A stretch of DNA of 64,000 nucleotides. It comes from the human T2T-CHM13v2.0 reference genome, Homo sapiens. Positions 1-18,141 of this stretch are shown here, piece after piece (position 1 is the first letter of the stretch; each line of letters opens with the position of its first letter). The translations under genes and the position numbers were made by a program. The notes beneath the pieces are model-generated. The model ran no database searches. It was not told the DNA's origin and was given only the letters and a program-made list of their open reading frames with translations. The stretch lies in the NCBI RefSeq assembly GCF_009914755.1, contig NC_060938.1. One strand, 5' to 3'.

Positions 1-3000
1 TCGTTAGTAAATGCACGAGCTCTAAAGTACATCCTTTTTGATTATCCTTGGGCATTTTTCTCACCTATACATTCCATACATAGTAGCAATAATTATGGCA
101 AATGTTACTGTCCTTCAAAGTGTCGTTATGTAAAAATGAACTGATTTTTAAAAGGTCTGCCTAAGTGTGAACCGAGGTCTGGAGCTATCACCTCTTCATA
201 AGATCCCAGGTAATGCAGATTAACTTCTGTTTTGCATCTGGGTAATGTTTAATTATTTGTTGATTATTGTAGAAGTGTTTTTGGATAAAAAGCTCTTTCT
301 CAGATTGTCTTTTACTTTGCTTTCTAAAACTAGGAGGGAAGTATAATACATGATGGGACTGAGTGTTAGTATGGACATATTGTCAAATGTTTTCATAGGG
401 AGAACTTGGTGTACCTCATTATTTAGATTTTTTTATAACTTAAAATGTGGTATGTTTTGAACTTTTAGTTTATCAGAAAATGTTGACTTTTGATGTAATG
501 GCTACTTCTGTAGCTACGGTGATCTTCAGCAAGTTTCACTTTCTAAACTTTTATCTTTTCTGTGCAGTGGTTGCAGGTTGTGAGGTATGGAGATACTGAG
601 GGGTACGAGGCACTGTTTGTGGTGACATGAGAGCCACTAGCGGACAGAGACTGGGGAGAAGGATTGATCAGCTGGCGCATTAGCCCCAAGATGCAGGTGA
701 ATTTGGGAACAGAAAGAGGGCCAAATGAGATGTTTGTGAAAATACTTTGTCGATTTAAAACATTCCTTCCAGCTCAGGTGCTGTTATGTTTAGGGAAGAT
801 GTGCGTGTTTTCTCTTTCTAGTGGGCTATTGTTAGCTACAAGGTGACCTTGCCTCCTGCTTTGAGGGAGAAGGAAAAAGCTGGACCCACAAGACACAAAT
901 CCCAGCAGTCTGTGGTTACTGCTGGAATGATTACTGTTCTTTATTTGTACTAATAGTTGTCTCTAAGATTGGTAACAGGAAAGTGAGAATAAGCTTACTC
1001 TCAGAAATTTTTGTTGAGGGAGTTTTGTATAATTTCTGACTATTACCACATTCCCCTTTACTTCGACCCTCTTGGTTTTGCTGTTTGCTGTGCTCTAGTT
1101 TTACCATCTAATAACCCAGCACTAAAATCTGATCTTGGGTATCAGATTCTCCTTTGTGGTTTGGTTTGTTAATAATTGAAGTACCTAATGGTTCTGGGTG
1201 TGAACTGTGCATACTTGACAATCTAGAACCAGGGAAGTGAGTTTCCTATTGAAGTAATTAATAAAACCTTGTGGCTCTTAAAAATATATAAAAACTGTTA
1301 CACAGAAATAACCAAAATGTAAACTTAACAGGATATAGTTTAATTATGTTTTTATAACATAAACCTTAAAGATAGAAGTATTTTTAAGCTTGTTGGTGTC
1401 CTGTTCCTTTCTAGTTTGGGTGTGTAGGAGTCTTTTTTATCAGGAATTTTGTTAGTGCTAATGCTGGGGTGGCTTTTTTTTTTTAAATCTATGTAAACAT
1501 GACCCTATTAGACAGCTGTGTTTAATGTAGTAAAGACTCATGGGGAGACTTTATAGTGTTTCTTGTTGGGACTTAGTGTCTGTATATTTTAGTATTTAAA
1601 GGATGTGGTTTGGTGCTTTGAAAATGAGAGGGAGGTCACCTAACTCATAGCTGAATGCCTGCGTGTCTAGATTGTTCCGTCCTGGAGGTTATTAACAACA
1701 TGAAAGTTGTTTTTATTCTAGTTAAACTGATAGTATTAAGTTAAATAACTTTATTGTGGAAGTGTTTGTTTACACATGGCTGCTGAGTAGAATTTTCCTT
1801 AAAATCTGATTACATAGGAATGTTTTAGTAAATAGAGTGCTGGAAAAAAGCTGCTACACAAGCCAGAGCCTGTTGTGCTTTGCAGAACAGTAACCAAGAT
1901 GAAGAGTGGCCTCTTTTTCTCCACCTTTTCCACCGCTCATCTCAGAGAAAGCAGGGCGCTAATCAGGTGGAGCTGCTTAATTGCATTAAGTTCATGGGCT
2001 GCTCAAGGGTTGATTAGTCAGACTCATAAACTTCCAGTTATGAGATGCTTGCTGACTGGCTGGTTTAAGTCCTTAGGGTTTGATGCACATTCACTCTAAT
2101 GAGTACTTACATGTACAGGGCACTGTGCTGTGTGCCCTGTGATGGACACAGAAAAGAATAAGATTACTTCTATCTTGAAGACAGGGTAGAACCTGGGAAG
2201 TGTCCCAGGGTAGAAACTGGGAAGGCACAGTTCTGGGAATTCAACGGAGGCATGTAGTTAGTAGCCATTGGGTAATATTGATGGGGTGGGGGTGGGGCAG
2301 TAGATGTGATCTGGGCAACGAGGAGCCAGTTGGAGAAGTGGTTTCAGTAGTTGCAGTGGGTAAAGCATGATAAAGATGCTCACAAAGCAGAGAGGAAAAG
2401 TAAAATTGACAGGATCAGGCCACTGTGAACATGAAGGGCAAGTTAGAGGAACTCAGGCGGAAGCTCTTCATCAGGAGCCCTGGAGCTTTCCCCAAAATCC
2501 TACCAAAATCACTTATGTATGTGCTTTGGTATTTTTGGGTGGCAGAGAACTTAGACCTTTTCTCACATGTTCGGAAGGGTCCAGCATCCAAAAAAGATTG
2601 ACCACTGCTGCGCTGAGTTTTCATCCATTGGTGACAAGATGGTCAGACTTCTAGAGAAATAAGGTAGTTTTGTGGTAGAACAAACTCTTCCTTGTGGGAG
2701 GTATAGTGGGATTTGGGGAATAGGGTTTATGAAATGGTCCCCAGAGTGGGATGGCTTGCCTTTTCAAACTGGGTTTCCCACCCAGCAAGTTAAGTTGACC
2801 CATTGCAGTGGATTGAGTGGAGGGCAGGTGAAGGGCAGGTGTTTTCAAGTCAAAGGAGTTCAGGTGAAGGGCAGGTGCTTTTAGTCAAAGGAGTTCCTTA
2901 GCATTATTTCCTCCTTTATTTGGAGATCAGATTGAAGATGTAGGGGACTAGAATGCAGTTGTAGTTTGTGGTGTTTACTTTTTATGGAAAAGTGCCTCTT

Positions 3001-4614
3001 ATGTGAAAAGTCTTCTGTGCTTGATCCTGGGGGTAGGGGGGTTATAAAAATGTCATACCTGGGATCCTGCCCTTAAGGAGTTGATGGTAGGTAATGCTTT
3101 CCTTTGGCTTTTTGTTCATCTTGAGTCTGTGTATGTTCAGTTATCTTCAGCCATTTCCTGGGCAATGGGAAACATTTCTGTTAAAACAAACTTCTGACTT
3201 TGATCTGTGACTTATATTTCTTTTTAGATAATGAAGAACCACTGGGATTAGAGGGTGTATAAAATACAATAATAAGTATAGTGTATGTAGGAACCTCTGT
3301 ACAACCAATTTGGTGACTTTTAGGCAACTCATTTGACTATTTGACTGTTTGTTACATGAGTGTGCATTTGGCTTTGTTTAAAATTCCTCTATAAAGCACA
3401 TTTTAAAAAATGACCCAGTACTTAGTATATAAGATGAACTGCCATTTGTATAATTGATCATTTAAAAATGCTTATTATACTTTTAATCAATCAGTTTCCA
3501 TGTTTATGAAATGGGAATAATTATTATATCTAGCTCATAGAATTGTCCTGAAGATGAAATTTATATCCATATATACATAATGAAGCTCTTTAGAGCAATG
3601 TATAACTACATGCCAACTGTTCAAAAAATATTAATGGCTACATCACTATTAATATTTTAAAATTAGTACTGTCATTTTCCCTTCCTACATGACTGAATGT
3701 AGGAGGTGACTATTTTTGTTATAAAAGGATTTCCAATGAGATACCTTTGAATGGTAAAATTTCCTATGCATTTATTTAAATGTTTATATATATATGTCTT
3801 TAAAGTATGAAAGTTAAGTGCACTTATACAAGGCAGATTCAGGTACTAATTAAACTGCTCATTTAGATTACAGAATGAGGGACTGAAAATTATATGTATT
3901 TAATTAGGAATTGGATTGATTGGTCTTGACTGCTGTTGTCTTTCAGTTCTTTTTTATTGTTATACTTCCCATGTGTTTGTCTCCTTTTCTTTTTATCTTT
4001 TAAAAATTGCTTTCTGATTTATTTCCTGTTCAGTTTTCAGTAATGGGTGTAGAATAGGGCAAGAACTTATGTTGGTGCCCGTTGTTTGAACCAGGAAGGA
4101 GCAACTGCATCAGACAGCCTGGGGCTCAGTTGGGAGGGACTTCAGATCAGTCCCTGCAGAGCTGCCTGGCCCAGGGAACCACTGAATTCCAGTTTCCTAA
4201 CTCCAAATCGGACAGTTTGTGGGTCTACACTGTATGTACATAATGAACATTTTAAGGCTCATTCATCCAGTGTTTTCCACATGCTCCCATTTGTTTAGTT
4301 CTCCTTTTTAAAAACCAATAATTATGGAAAAATTTAGCTATGTACAGAAATAGTAGTGAGAAACCCCCCACTTAGCCATCATGCAGCTTCAGCAGTTGAT
4401 CATCTCATAGCCAGTCTTGTTTGCTCAATACTCCCAACCATTTCTTTTCTCCCATTTTATTTTGCAGGAAATCCCAGACATTATATCATTTAATCTAAAA
4501 GTATTTCAGGATGTATCTGTAAGAGATGAGGACTCAAAAATGCATACACACATTTTGAGAACTTCCCAGAAATGTAAAAAAAAAAAATGCTATACACATA
4601 TAGAATATATACAT

Positions 4615-4618
4615 GCAC

Positions 4619-4650
<32 letters not shown>
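4615..4650. repeat. (CA)n microsatellite
   Basis: gcacgcacacacac... Confidence 0.95.
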
Positions 4651-4651
<1 letters not shown>

Positions 4652-4716
4652 CTATTTTATGGTCTGTCTGACTCAGAATCCTATGTGGTGTGTTTGGTTG
4701 GTAGGTCTCTTCACTC

Positions 4717-8352
<3,636 letters not shown>

Positions 8353-8755
8353 TAAAATTCAGTTACGTATAACTGTGTTAATGGGCCAGCCTGTGCCCAG
8401 GTGGCATGTGTTAGGTACTTGGCCTAAGATCATTGTCCAGCCAGGGATTTGTGTGTGTGGTGGCAGATGTGTGCGGTGTCAGGTTGCATTTATACTCTAG
8501 AATTAGTAGCTGTACTCTTATTTTTCATATCAAATGTTATTTGACACATAATGGATTTTTGAACTGGATTCAAGGCTAGCCTTGGAATCTTGAATATTAT
8601 CCCTTAAGAGAGAGCCTTTTGTTTGAGTTACATTTTGGTCAAATAGGGCACATATTAAAGCACTGATCAACTCTTTGAAAGTACTGCAAGTGATGTCAGA
8701 AATTGCTATTGCCTTAAAAATATTTTTAAAAAATTTATGTTTACATAAAAATACA

Positions 8756-9174
8756 TGTTAAAGAAAAAACTGATACTTGTTAAAGGTGGGCAAAAAAGAC
8801 TATTCAGGACCATCGCGATAAGTATAGGGATCACTGCAGCGGGGTCTTGCAGCAAAGGAAAGAGGTTGGGCTCAACTCCAAATACATCATGGGCAAGGAG
8901 CAGGATAGGGGTCAGTTGAAGGTAAACTACTAAGAGGAAACATTTGGAGTAAGGGGGATTCTGGCTAAACCCATCTAACAGGATTCTTGCTGAAGACAAG
9001 CCAGGGTGATCAGACATCACCTGGGGGATGGTGGAAAATGAAGAACCTGATCAGATATTGAAGATGGGAGGGGGTCTTTTGCTAAAACTGGATTTTGTGA
9101 GAAAGTGCACAGATGGGCCTAGAAGAAAGTTTAGAATCCTTACTCAAGTTTGGCCAAGCAAAGGATCTTTGTCA
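8756..9174 (-). mobile_element. Solo ERV1 LTR, MER31-like
   Basis: TG...CA termini; - strand starts tgacaaagatcctttgcttggccaaac; 4-bp flanks taca/tatg. Confidence 0.7.
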
Positions 9175-10952
9175 TATGGAAAAATGATTGGTTTCAAAGT
9201 AAAAGCAAGCATCAGCCCACTCAAGGAAGTAGTGGTTTGCTATGCAAAGGGATAGGAGTTTTATTTTCCTTCAGTTTCTGTAAAAAATATTAGAATAGGT
9301 AAAATATGCAAGAGAGTTGTTAATAGGAACTCCGAATATCTGAAAATCCTTGGAAATTAAATTTTCCTGGTAATGCTCAATGTATTTTTCAAAATGTATT
9401 AATTTTTTTGGACTTTAACTTTTTATGAGGTTTCATCTGCATTTTGTTGTTCATTCTAGTGGCATTTACCACTGGTAGGCTTTTCATTTGCCTGCTTAGC
9501 AGTAAATGTGATATGCTGGAGTTTTGTGGGTGTTTGGCATTATGTCATAGGAGCAATAGGAAATGACTACGGATTAACTTAAACATCATTAAGTTTAACA
9601 AAATGGAATGCTTTATTTTGTCTCTATCCTGAAGTGTTATTTAATAATTCACAACAGCTTAAGCAGAAGTTCTTTCCTCCAGGCCCTTCTCTTCCCTCCC
9701 TACTCCAACAAAAGTGGGCTGGGGAACTGTGTAAATTTGCATAATATTACTAATTCACTATTTTGTAATACTGTCAAACTATTAGGTGTTGCATTTATTG
9801 CGAGCACAAAAGAAAACCAAAGTGTAGTGGCTGTCATTCCCAACTTGTCAATATTCCTTTTTAATATGTTCTGGATACTTTGTTGTCCCATCAAACTTAT
9901 CATAGACCTTTCTCTACCTTCTGGAAGTTAGCTTCATTTGGTCAATATTATAGATAACTTTGAAGCAGGTAGGTGCTGTATTTAAATCCCATTGTGAATT
10001 CTAAGATGGAAGCCGTGAGCAGTTTTTGAAAACCATACATGTGTTTCCAAAGGCCATTCTATTACTCAGTATCCATTAACAGACAATAAAGGACTTTTCT
10101 GTCGTTCGCCACTAACCCTAACCACCCAGTCCTCATAAGGCAAAATTAAGAAGTTACATGAATTGATTTTAGAGAATATTCCCTAAAAATAAAAGGGAGT
10201 GGACTGCCTCCCCGAAAAAGTCATCCCCCAATATTTTGAAAGTTAATTTGAGAAATACTGCATTTTCTGACCGATAGGGTTATTTTTTCTCCCTTTTTTC
10301 CTTTTTTAAAAAAGGCATGCTGTGGGAGTTGGATGCATTTTTTCTGTCAGTGCTTAGAGACATGGAGGGGGAAGTCTTTTCTTGTGCCTCTGCCTATATT
10401 CACACCCTCCTGGTCTTGGCATTTTTTCCAATTTAATAGCCATTGAAACAGCCTTTTATATGCTTTTAGATTAGTATGGTTTATGTGATCTGTCTGCCAT
10501 AATGCATCACAGCTCTGTGTAGTAGTTTTATGTGGCACTTATTAAAAACTGACCTAGTTTGAAAGATAAAAGCTCTTGGAATAGATGCTGTCAGAATTAT
10601 TTAATTTTATTTGCGTCATAATTTATCGTAGGTTTTCGATATATCATCCTTCATAGTGGGGAAAGTATAGATCCAGGAGACTGTATTTCCTATCTAATTC
10701 TAATCTTAATTTTACCACTGTCTAGCTGTGGGGCTTCAGAAGTCACTTTATTTGTGCTTCCTCATTTGTAAAAACAAGGATTTCATTATATATATCTGCA
10801 GCACTTTGCTGAAGTTGCTAATCATTTGTACAATGGTCCAGTGAAGAAGGCTGTCATAAGATGGTCTCTGGAAGCTTTTACAGTTTTTAAGACACAAATG
10901 ATGAATTTTCTTACTGTATACTTTTTTCCTCTCTAAAGGTATTATATAATGA

Positions 10953-11298
<346 letters not shown>

Positions 11299-12283
11299 AT
11301 TATTCCTCCGATTTTTATAAATAAAGAGTGGCTCTTATGCTAATAAGTGACTCCTTTTTGGAATTAGCATTCCTGTGCCTTTACTGAAGCAGAAAGAAAC
11401 ATGAACTGTCGTATCTTCTAACTTGTTTTGATAAGCAAGGCTGAAGACTAGCAAGTTAGAAAACTGGCATCTGCCTTTGATATTGTGGCTTCCTATTAGC
11501 ACTAAGAGAAATATCGTCCTTTCTCCTTTTCTGACCACGTATTGTCATTCGATTCTTCATCAGGTTTACCCCTCTGTGGACAAGAGTTAGTATGACTCTT
11601 TAGGTGTTAGGATTTATCCAAGTACATTTTTTAAAAAGGAAAGTTTAGTTGTCTTTTATGGCTTCATTTTGGGGAGTGTATACTGTCTTTAGGTGAGAGT
11701 TTTCTTTTCTTTACTTTTTTAAGCTGAACTTAGAGTCTAAAAGGAATACTGGAATTATTGAATGCAGGATTTGGGCCTTTACTGGAATAAAGTTGCTCAA
11801 ATTATACCTGGTTCACTATTCTATCTCCCCATAGACCTGGAAAGGATTTAAGCTGACAGGTATGTTGAGACTGTCCTTCATAGCCAAGCTTAGTGAGAGA
11901 GTCGCTGTAGTTGGTGCTCACCCTCTCACCTTCTAGTCACCCCTCCATCATGAACTTTTGACTTCTTGTCCACTGTACTTCCTCACAGCAGGGTCACCAG
12001 GGGTCTTTATCACCAAGTGGGCACAATTCTTTATTTGACCTTGCTGCTGACTGTGCCTTCCTTTTACAGACTTTTTTTTTTTCCTGATTATGAAAGTAAT
12101 ACATGGTCATTGTGAAAAATTTTGGAAAAAGAGTTGTTATCTCTATCCAGAAAACTTTCTCCTCATTGAAATGTTTCTGTGACAACTGTCTTCTTCCTTT
12201 CCTCCTGTTTCTCTTGACCAGACCTGAGTCATTTCGCCTCCTGGATATCTCTGTCTTGTAGGCACTCAAGCCCAATGTTAATT

Positions 12284-12597
12284 TTTGTGTATGTGTATTT
12301 TTTTTTTTTTTTTTACTTTAAGTTCTGGGATACATGTGCAGAATTTGCAGGTTTGTTACACAGGTATACACGTGCCATGGTGGTTTGCTGCATCTATCAA
12401 CCTGTCATCTAGGTTTTAAGCCCTGCATGCATTAGGTATTTGTCCTAATGCTCTCCCTCCCCTTGTCCTCCACCCCCACCACCCACCAACATCCCCAGTG
12501 TGTGATGTTCCCCTCCCTGTATCCATGTGTTCTCATTGTTCAACTCCCACAGTGAGAACATGCGGTGTTTGGTTTTCTGTTCCTGTGTTAGTTTGCT
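12284..12597 (-). mobile_element. 5'-truncated L1PA 3' end with poly(A) tail
   Basis: T-run followed by tactttaagttctgggatacatgtgcag...gtgagaacatgcggtgtttggttttctg, typical of an L1PA 3'UTR. Confidence 0.92.
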
Positions 12598-13554
12598 CTC
12601 CCCATGGGCTCTCACAGCACCCTGTGCTATCCTTCTGACACGTATAACATTTGTTGTAATTGTCTGTTTGCTTTTCTGTCTCAAGGGCAGCAACGATGTT
12701 TTACTCATATTTATACCAGTGTCTAGCCCAGAGCGGCTAGGACATTTCTGATAATAAACGGGTAGGGCTGGGTGTGGTGACTCACTCCTGTAATCCCAAT
12801 ACTTTGGGAGGCCAAGGTGGGAGGCTTACCTGAGTCCAGGAGTTCAGGATGATGATGGGGTCAAATGATGACCCCAACATTTATTAAAGTGAATTTACCT
12901 CTGCCTCCCCTGCTCCAAGTATGCTCAGCCACCTGTTGCCATCTCACTGGGAGGCATCACTCTTCATGTAGTTGCTGAAGCCATAGATGAGGACCCATCC
13001 TTGACTCCTCTCCCTCATCCTCCATTTTCAGTCAGTAGTTAGAAACCTTCTTGTTATTCCTGTGAACCCATTTACTTGTCATCTCTCTACTCTTAGCACC
13101 TTAACTTAGACTCTCTTTATTTCCCACCTACCTGAATTTCCTAAAAGCATCATCCACTTTTGAAGGCTTAGGACTTTGCGTATCTTCCCTCAGGGCTTAG
13201 CTTAGAAAATCAGGACTTCTCTGACCTGTTCCTATACCCTCAGGTGAGCTTGGTGCTGATGTCCCCTTCTCCCTCTTCATCCATACCTCTTCCTTCTTCT
13301 CCCCGTCTCCCCATGGGCTCTCACAGCACCCTGTGCTATCCTTCTGACACATATAACATTTGTTGTAATTGTTTGCTTTTCTGTCTCAAGGGCAGCAACT
13401 ATGTTTTACTCATATTTATACCAGTGTCTAGCCCAGAGCGGTTAGGACATTTCTGATAATAAACAGGTAGGGCTGGGTGTGGTGGCTCACTCCTGTAATC
13501 CCAATACTTTGGGAGGCCAAGGTGGGAGGCTTACCTGAGCCCAGGAGTTCAGGA
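12597..13554 (+). repeat. Direct duplication of about 250 bp (12597-12849 and 13306-13554)
   Basis: About 6 substitutions and one 4-bp indel by eye; also visible as the near-identical ORFs 12527 and 13244. Confidence 0.95.
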
Positions 13555-16500
13555 CCAGCCTGGGCAACTTAGTGAGACCCTGTCTCTACAAAAAATTTTT
13601 AAAAAGATTAGCTGGCCATTGTGGCATGTGCTTGTGGTTGCAGCTACTTGGGAAGCTGAGGTAGGAGGATTGCTTGAGCCTGGGAGGTTGAGGCTGCAGT
13701 GAGCCAAGATCACGCCACTCACTGTAGCCTGGGTGACAGAGGAAGGCCCTGCCTCAGAAAGAACGAAATTAAATAAATAAAAAATGAGTAGAAGGAAATG
13801 AACATTTGTAGGTTGGAGGTTAGTATAAAAAATCTGATGCTACATGTTTTATGGTCTTGGTCTTGGCTGCCTTCAAATTGTATCTTAATATAATTGGCTT
13901 TCACTACCTAGTCTAGTAGTCATGGTTCTGTGAACAAGCTTTCAAAGTGTGAAGTATGGTAGAGCAAAGCAGGAGTAAAGCTGTCAGGTTGGCTGGAATG
14001 GGCCTCAGCACTTTGCTTGTATTGATAGAGGTTAGGTTTTCCAATAACTGATGACAGTGTAGCAGAGATGACTAGGGCAGTTGTGCTAGGGATAAAGAGT
14101 GGCACAGTTTAGTGACTTGGCGATGAGATGTGGGGATCAGAAAGGAGGAATCTAAGTGACTCAAGCTTCTGGCTTAATGGACTAGGTATACTTGAGGCTA
14201 TCATTAACTAGTAGTGTTGATTTTGAGATTCTTTTTGATATCCAGGTGAGTATGTCTACCAGGCTGTGGGATATGAAGTTGGGGAGAGTGTGTCACTGGA
14301 AATGTTTGAGTTAAAACTACAAGAAATCACTTAGATATATAGCTTAAGAAGAGTAGTGGTCTAGAAACAGAAAGAACTCTGAAGAACACTGATGTTTAGG
14401 GGCTGGGGAAGAAGAGAGCTGGGAAGTCTATGTCAAAGAAACTGAGGAGCTGGTGGTTGAAGAGGGAATTTGGCAATAAAAAGGCCATTTGACCTTCAGC
14501 TCTAGAAGCCAGGAAATTAAGAGAAAAAAGGCCGTTGAGTTTATTGTGTTTTAAAAAGAAAATATCAAGAAAACGGGTGTGTTTTTACCCAGCCCTTAGA
14601 TGAGATGCTTCAGTATGGACTGTCTGCTTGGCATTTTGTTGGGCAGTTCCACCTTACCCGTTAGTAGCCCAGCACCCCAGTCCACATCCAGAATCCTACT
14701 CTTACATTAGATCTAACACATGACCTCTAAAGTCCCTTCCAATTTCAACCTAACATTAAAAACAGATTCTGGGCCCAGTCTGAGAAATTGTGATTCAGCG
14801 GGCCTAGGGGATCTTAATTTCTTCTAAGGGCCTTTCTGAGAATCTGAAGAACATTGATGTGTAGGTGCTATAAACCTGCATTTTACTTTATTGCAAGAGA
14901 GCAGGACTTTATTATAGCAACAGTTTAAAATACAATTGTGATGAAGAGGTTGGCAACCATGGAAACCTAGCTGGAGCTTTACCCCACCCATGCCTGCCTT
15001 TGTGTGTGGGGGTGACTTGGGGGTGGGAAAGTGCCACCATCTGTTGTAATCTGTTGGAGATTTAAAGTTTTTGCTTTATGGATTTTTGCAGCAGATGCCC
15101 TTTGCTCCCTGCATTATATCCTCTCAGGCCATCACTGGTTTCAAACAAAACTTAGATTTTTGTAGTTTCTCTGTGTCTTGCCAACAGCTTTCTATTTTCT
15201 GCCTCAGGGCTCTCAAACCCAGCAAATGATGGGGAAAGGCTAACCTCAGGCAACCTTCAACCAGTGAGGGATTGGAGCTGGTGCCTAAATGTCCTGCTTC
15301 TTTCAGGGGTCTCACAGAATCACCCCACTTTGCAGCAGTCACCCTGTGTGTCCTTACTGGCTATTTTCCTTCCCTCACGTCTGTTCCCTGGGATCACCTC
15401 CTATTTTAATCTTGCTAAAATCTTGCACACAAAGTGTTAGTTGAGCTGACTTTAAAGCTGGAATGCAAATAAAAGCCTTCTGTAATTACATTAGTTTCTT
15501 TTTAATGTCCCTCTCTATCAATAATAGCACCTAAAATAATATATGGGGGAAGAAGTCAAAGAGAACATATTGTGCAATGCACAATGGCGCACATATTGCT
15601 AAAGTTTAAATTTATTCATAGATACTGTGTAATGAGATCATTATGTGAGAATTTATTGGGTTTTTCAACACTTCCATTTCTTTCATTTAGGAATGGGGTT
15701 GAACGGATATGAAAATGTAGAAAATAGTTGGCACAGAGAGCACTAGGTGTGCCTCTTTTATTCATTTATATGTCATCCGTTCTTGAATTCTGGGTAGCTC
15801 TATTTGTAAGACTATACAGTATAATGATAGAAAGCTATTAAAAATGTCACAGTGCAGAAAGGGGGAAGATCTCTACAGATGATTAGGCTATAAATTGCCA
15901 AAGATCAGAAAGACCCTGATAAGATCTGTTTCAAAGGTTTTGTTTGGTTGGTTGGTTGGGTTTGTTTGGTTGGGTTTTTTTGTTGTTGTTGTTTTTGGAG
16001 ACAGGGTCTTGCTGTGTTGCCCAGGCTAGAGTATAGCAGTGTGATCATAGCTTACTGTAACCTTAAACTCTTGGGCTCAATAGATCCTTCTGCCTCAACC
16101 ACCCCATTAGCTGAGACTACAGGCACGTGCCGTCACACCTGGCTAATTAAAAAAAAATTTTTTTTAGAGATGAGGTCTTGCCGCGTTGCCCAGGCTTTCC
16201 TAGTTGAAGCATACATCTTGGACAGCTCAGTGTATTCATCCTCGTTTGCTCCACATTTACTGAGTGCCTGCCATATGGCAGCCTCTATGGTAACTGTTTT
16301 CAGATACCAGTTTTAATCACTAGGAATAAACTTGGTCCCAAACTCCTGGCCTCAAAGGGTCCTCCCACCTATGCCTCCCAAAGCACTGGGATTATAGGTG
16401 TGAGCCACCATGCCTGGCTCCTATTTCAGGGGTAACTTTTAAAAAACACTTTGTATGCTTTAAATGCAAAATTTCTCTTTATCTGGCTAGAAGATATCAA

Positions 16501-17657
16501 TATCCATAATTCTTTTATCTGAGACTAGAATGTAGGATTTAAAAGTTGAAGGTGAAAGGTAAACTTGTTCCAGACGATCACTTTCATTCTTGGTGATTAA
16601 AACTGATAACCTGAAATCAGTTACCACAGAGGCTGCCATATGGCAGGTACCCAGTAAATGTGGAGCAAAGGAGGATGAATATACTGAGCTGTCTGAGATG
16701 TATGTGTTCAGCTGCTGTCCCAGTGAGCAAGAGTAGGTGAAACTTCACGTGCTTAGACCTGTAGGTACTATTGCCTCACTCCCACCAAACTGGGACTGCA
16801 GATCTTTAGTTTCTAGGTTTATTTTGCAGGAGTCCAGCCATCCCTAGAAAACACTCTTTCCTCAATCCAGGGTGTTTTGTGTAGCAGTGGGCTGTTTTAT
16901 GTAAATTGTACATTGACAAGTTCATTAGGTTATCTAGTATTTCAGCCCCTCAGTTAACATTTCAGCTGAGACCGAGAGAGGAAGTGACTTGCCCAAGGTA
17001 AAATCACCATGTCTAGATAATCACTGATATGGCAGGGACTGGAACACTAGTCTCTGCATGTAATCATCTTTTTGTCTCGTTTCTGAAATAGCTCCCATCT
17101 CTACCCCTGGCCAAGGACCAAAACAAGGCACCATCTTTCTGAACTAGTTTAAAATGGTTTTAGAATTAATAAGGACTGTAGGGTCTATATTTAAGATGGT
17201 TACAGGAAATTCGACAGTTAAATGTTTCTACACATAGATTATTTAGAAAATCAAGACTAATAGATGGGCAAAGTACACAGGAAGCAAATGAAAAATTGTA
17301 AACATCTAAATATTCAGTATTCAGTGGTATGGGAATAGTTTAGGAAGCAATAATTTTCTTTTTTTTTTTTTTTTTTGAGACAAAGTCTCGCTCTGTTGCC
17401 CAGGTTGGAGGGCAGTGGTGTGTGCGATCTTGGCTGCAGCCTCTGCCCCTAGGTTAAAGCAATTCTTGTGCCTCAGCCTCTCGAGTAGCTGGGATTACAG
17501 GCACGCCCCACTACGCCCGGCTGATTTTTGTACTTTTAGTAAAGACAGGGTTTTCCCATGTTGGCCGGGCTGGTCTTCAACTCCTGTCCCCACGTGATAC
17601 GCCTGCCTTGTCCTCCCAAAGTGCTGGGATTACAGACGTCAGTCACCATGCCCGGCC
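13470..17657. mobile_element. Alus: 13470-13780(+), 15985-16419(-, interrupted), 17354-17657(-)
   Basis: Alu motifs; the last has TSD ggaagcaataatttt. Confidence 0.9.
16202..16713. repeat. Inverted repeat of about 130 bp (arms 16202-16330 and 16583-16713)
   Basis: Arm 2 reverse complement aligns to arm 1 at roughly 87% identity by eye. Confidence 0.93.
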
Positions 17658-18141
17658 AGGAAGCAATAATTTTGATGGGCTGTTTGCAACTAATAAAATG
17701 CGAATTGTGATGATTTAGAAAGGGTGTTTAAAAATCTAGTAGGGATCTTGGAGGAGTTCTTTTTATACTTTCCTTTCTTCTGTACTATGCCTAATACTTA
17801 GTTGTTTTCAGGAAGTTCAGATTTTTTTTTAATTTAAAAGGTTAAAGTTTACCAAATGTTAACTGAAGTCAGTTTCTGAAGTTCTTCAGTCAAAACCAAT
17901 TTATTTTCTGTAAAAAAAAAAAAAAAGTACTACACACCATATAAACTGGTAGCTGTTTGTTATTCTTGATATGTGCAGTAAAAACTATCATGAGAGAGTT
18001 GGTAAAGATTTAATGAACTGGTAGAACATGTTTTTCTTAGTTGCTAAGAACCATCTGAGCTTAAATTTAAAAACATTTTTTTCTAAAAACAAAATTGGTT
18101 TCTGAATCAAATGTGTATTTCTTTCCTATAGGGGCTTTGTT

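Noticed and set aside
545-592. Possible micro-exon of FBXO34 (polypyrimidine-cag...gag|gtatgg)
   Set aside because: Splice-like motifs alone are not enough without transcript evidence
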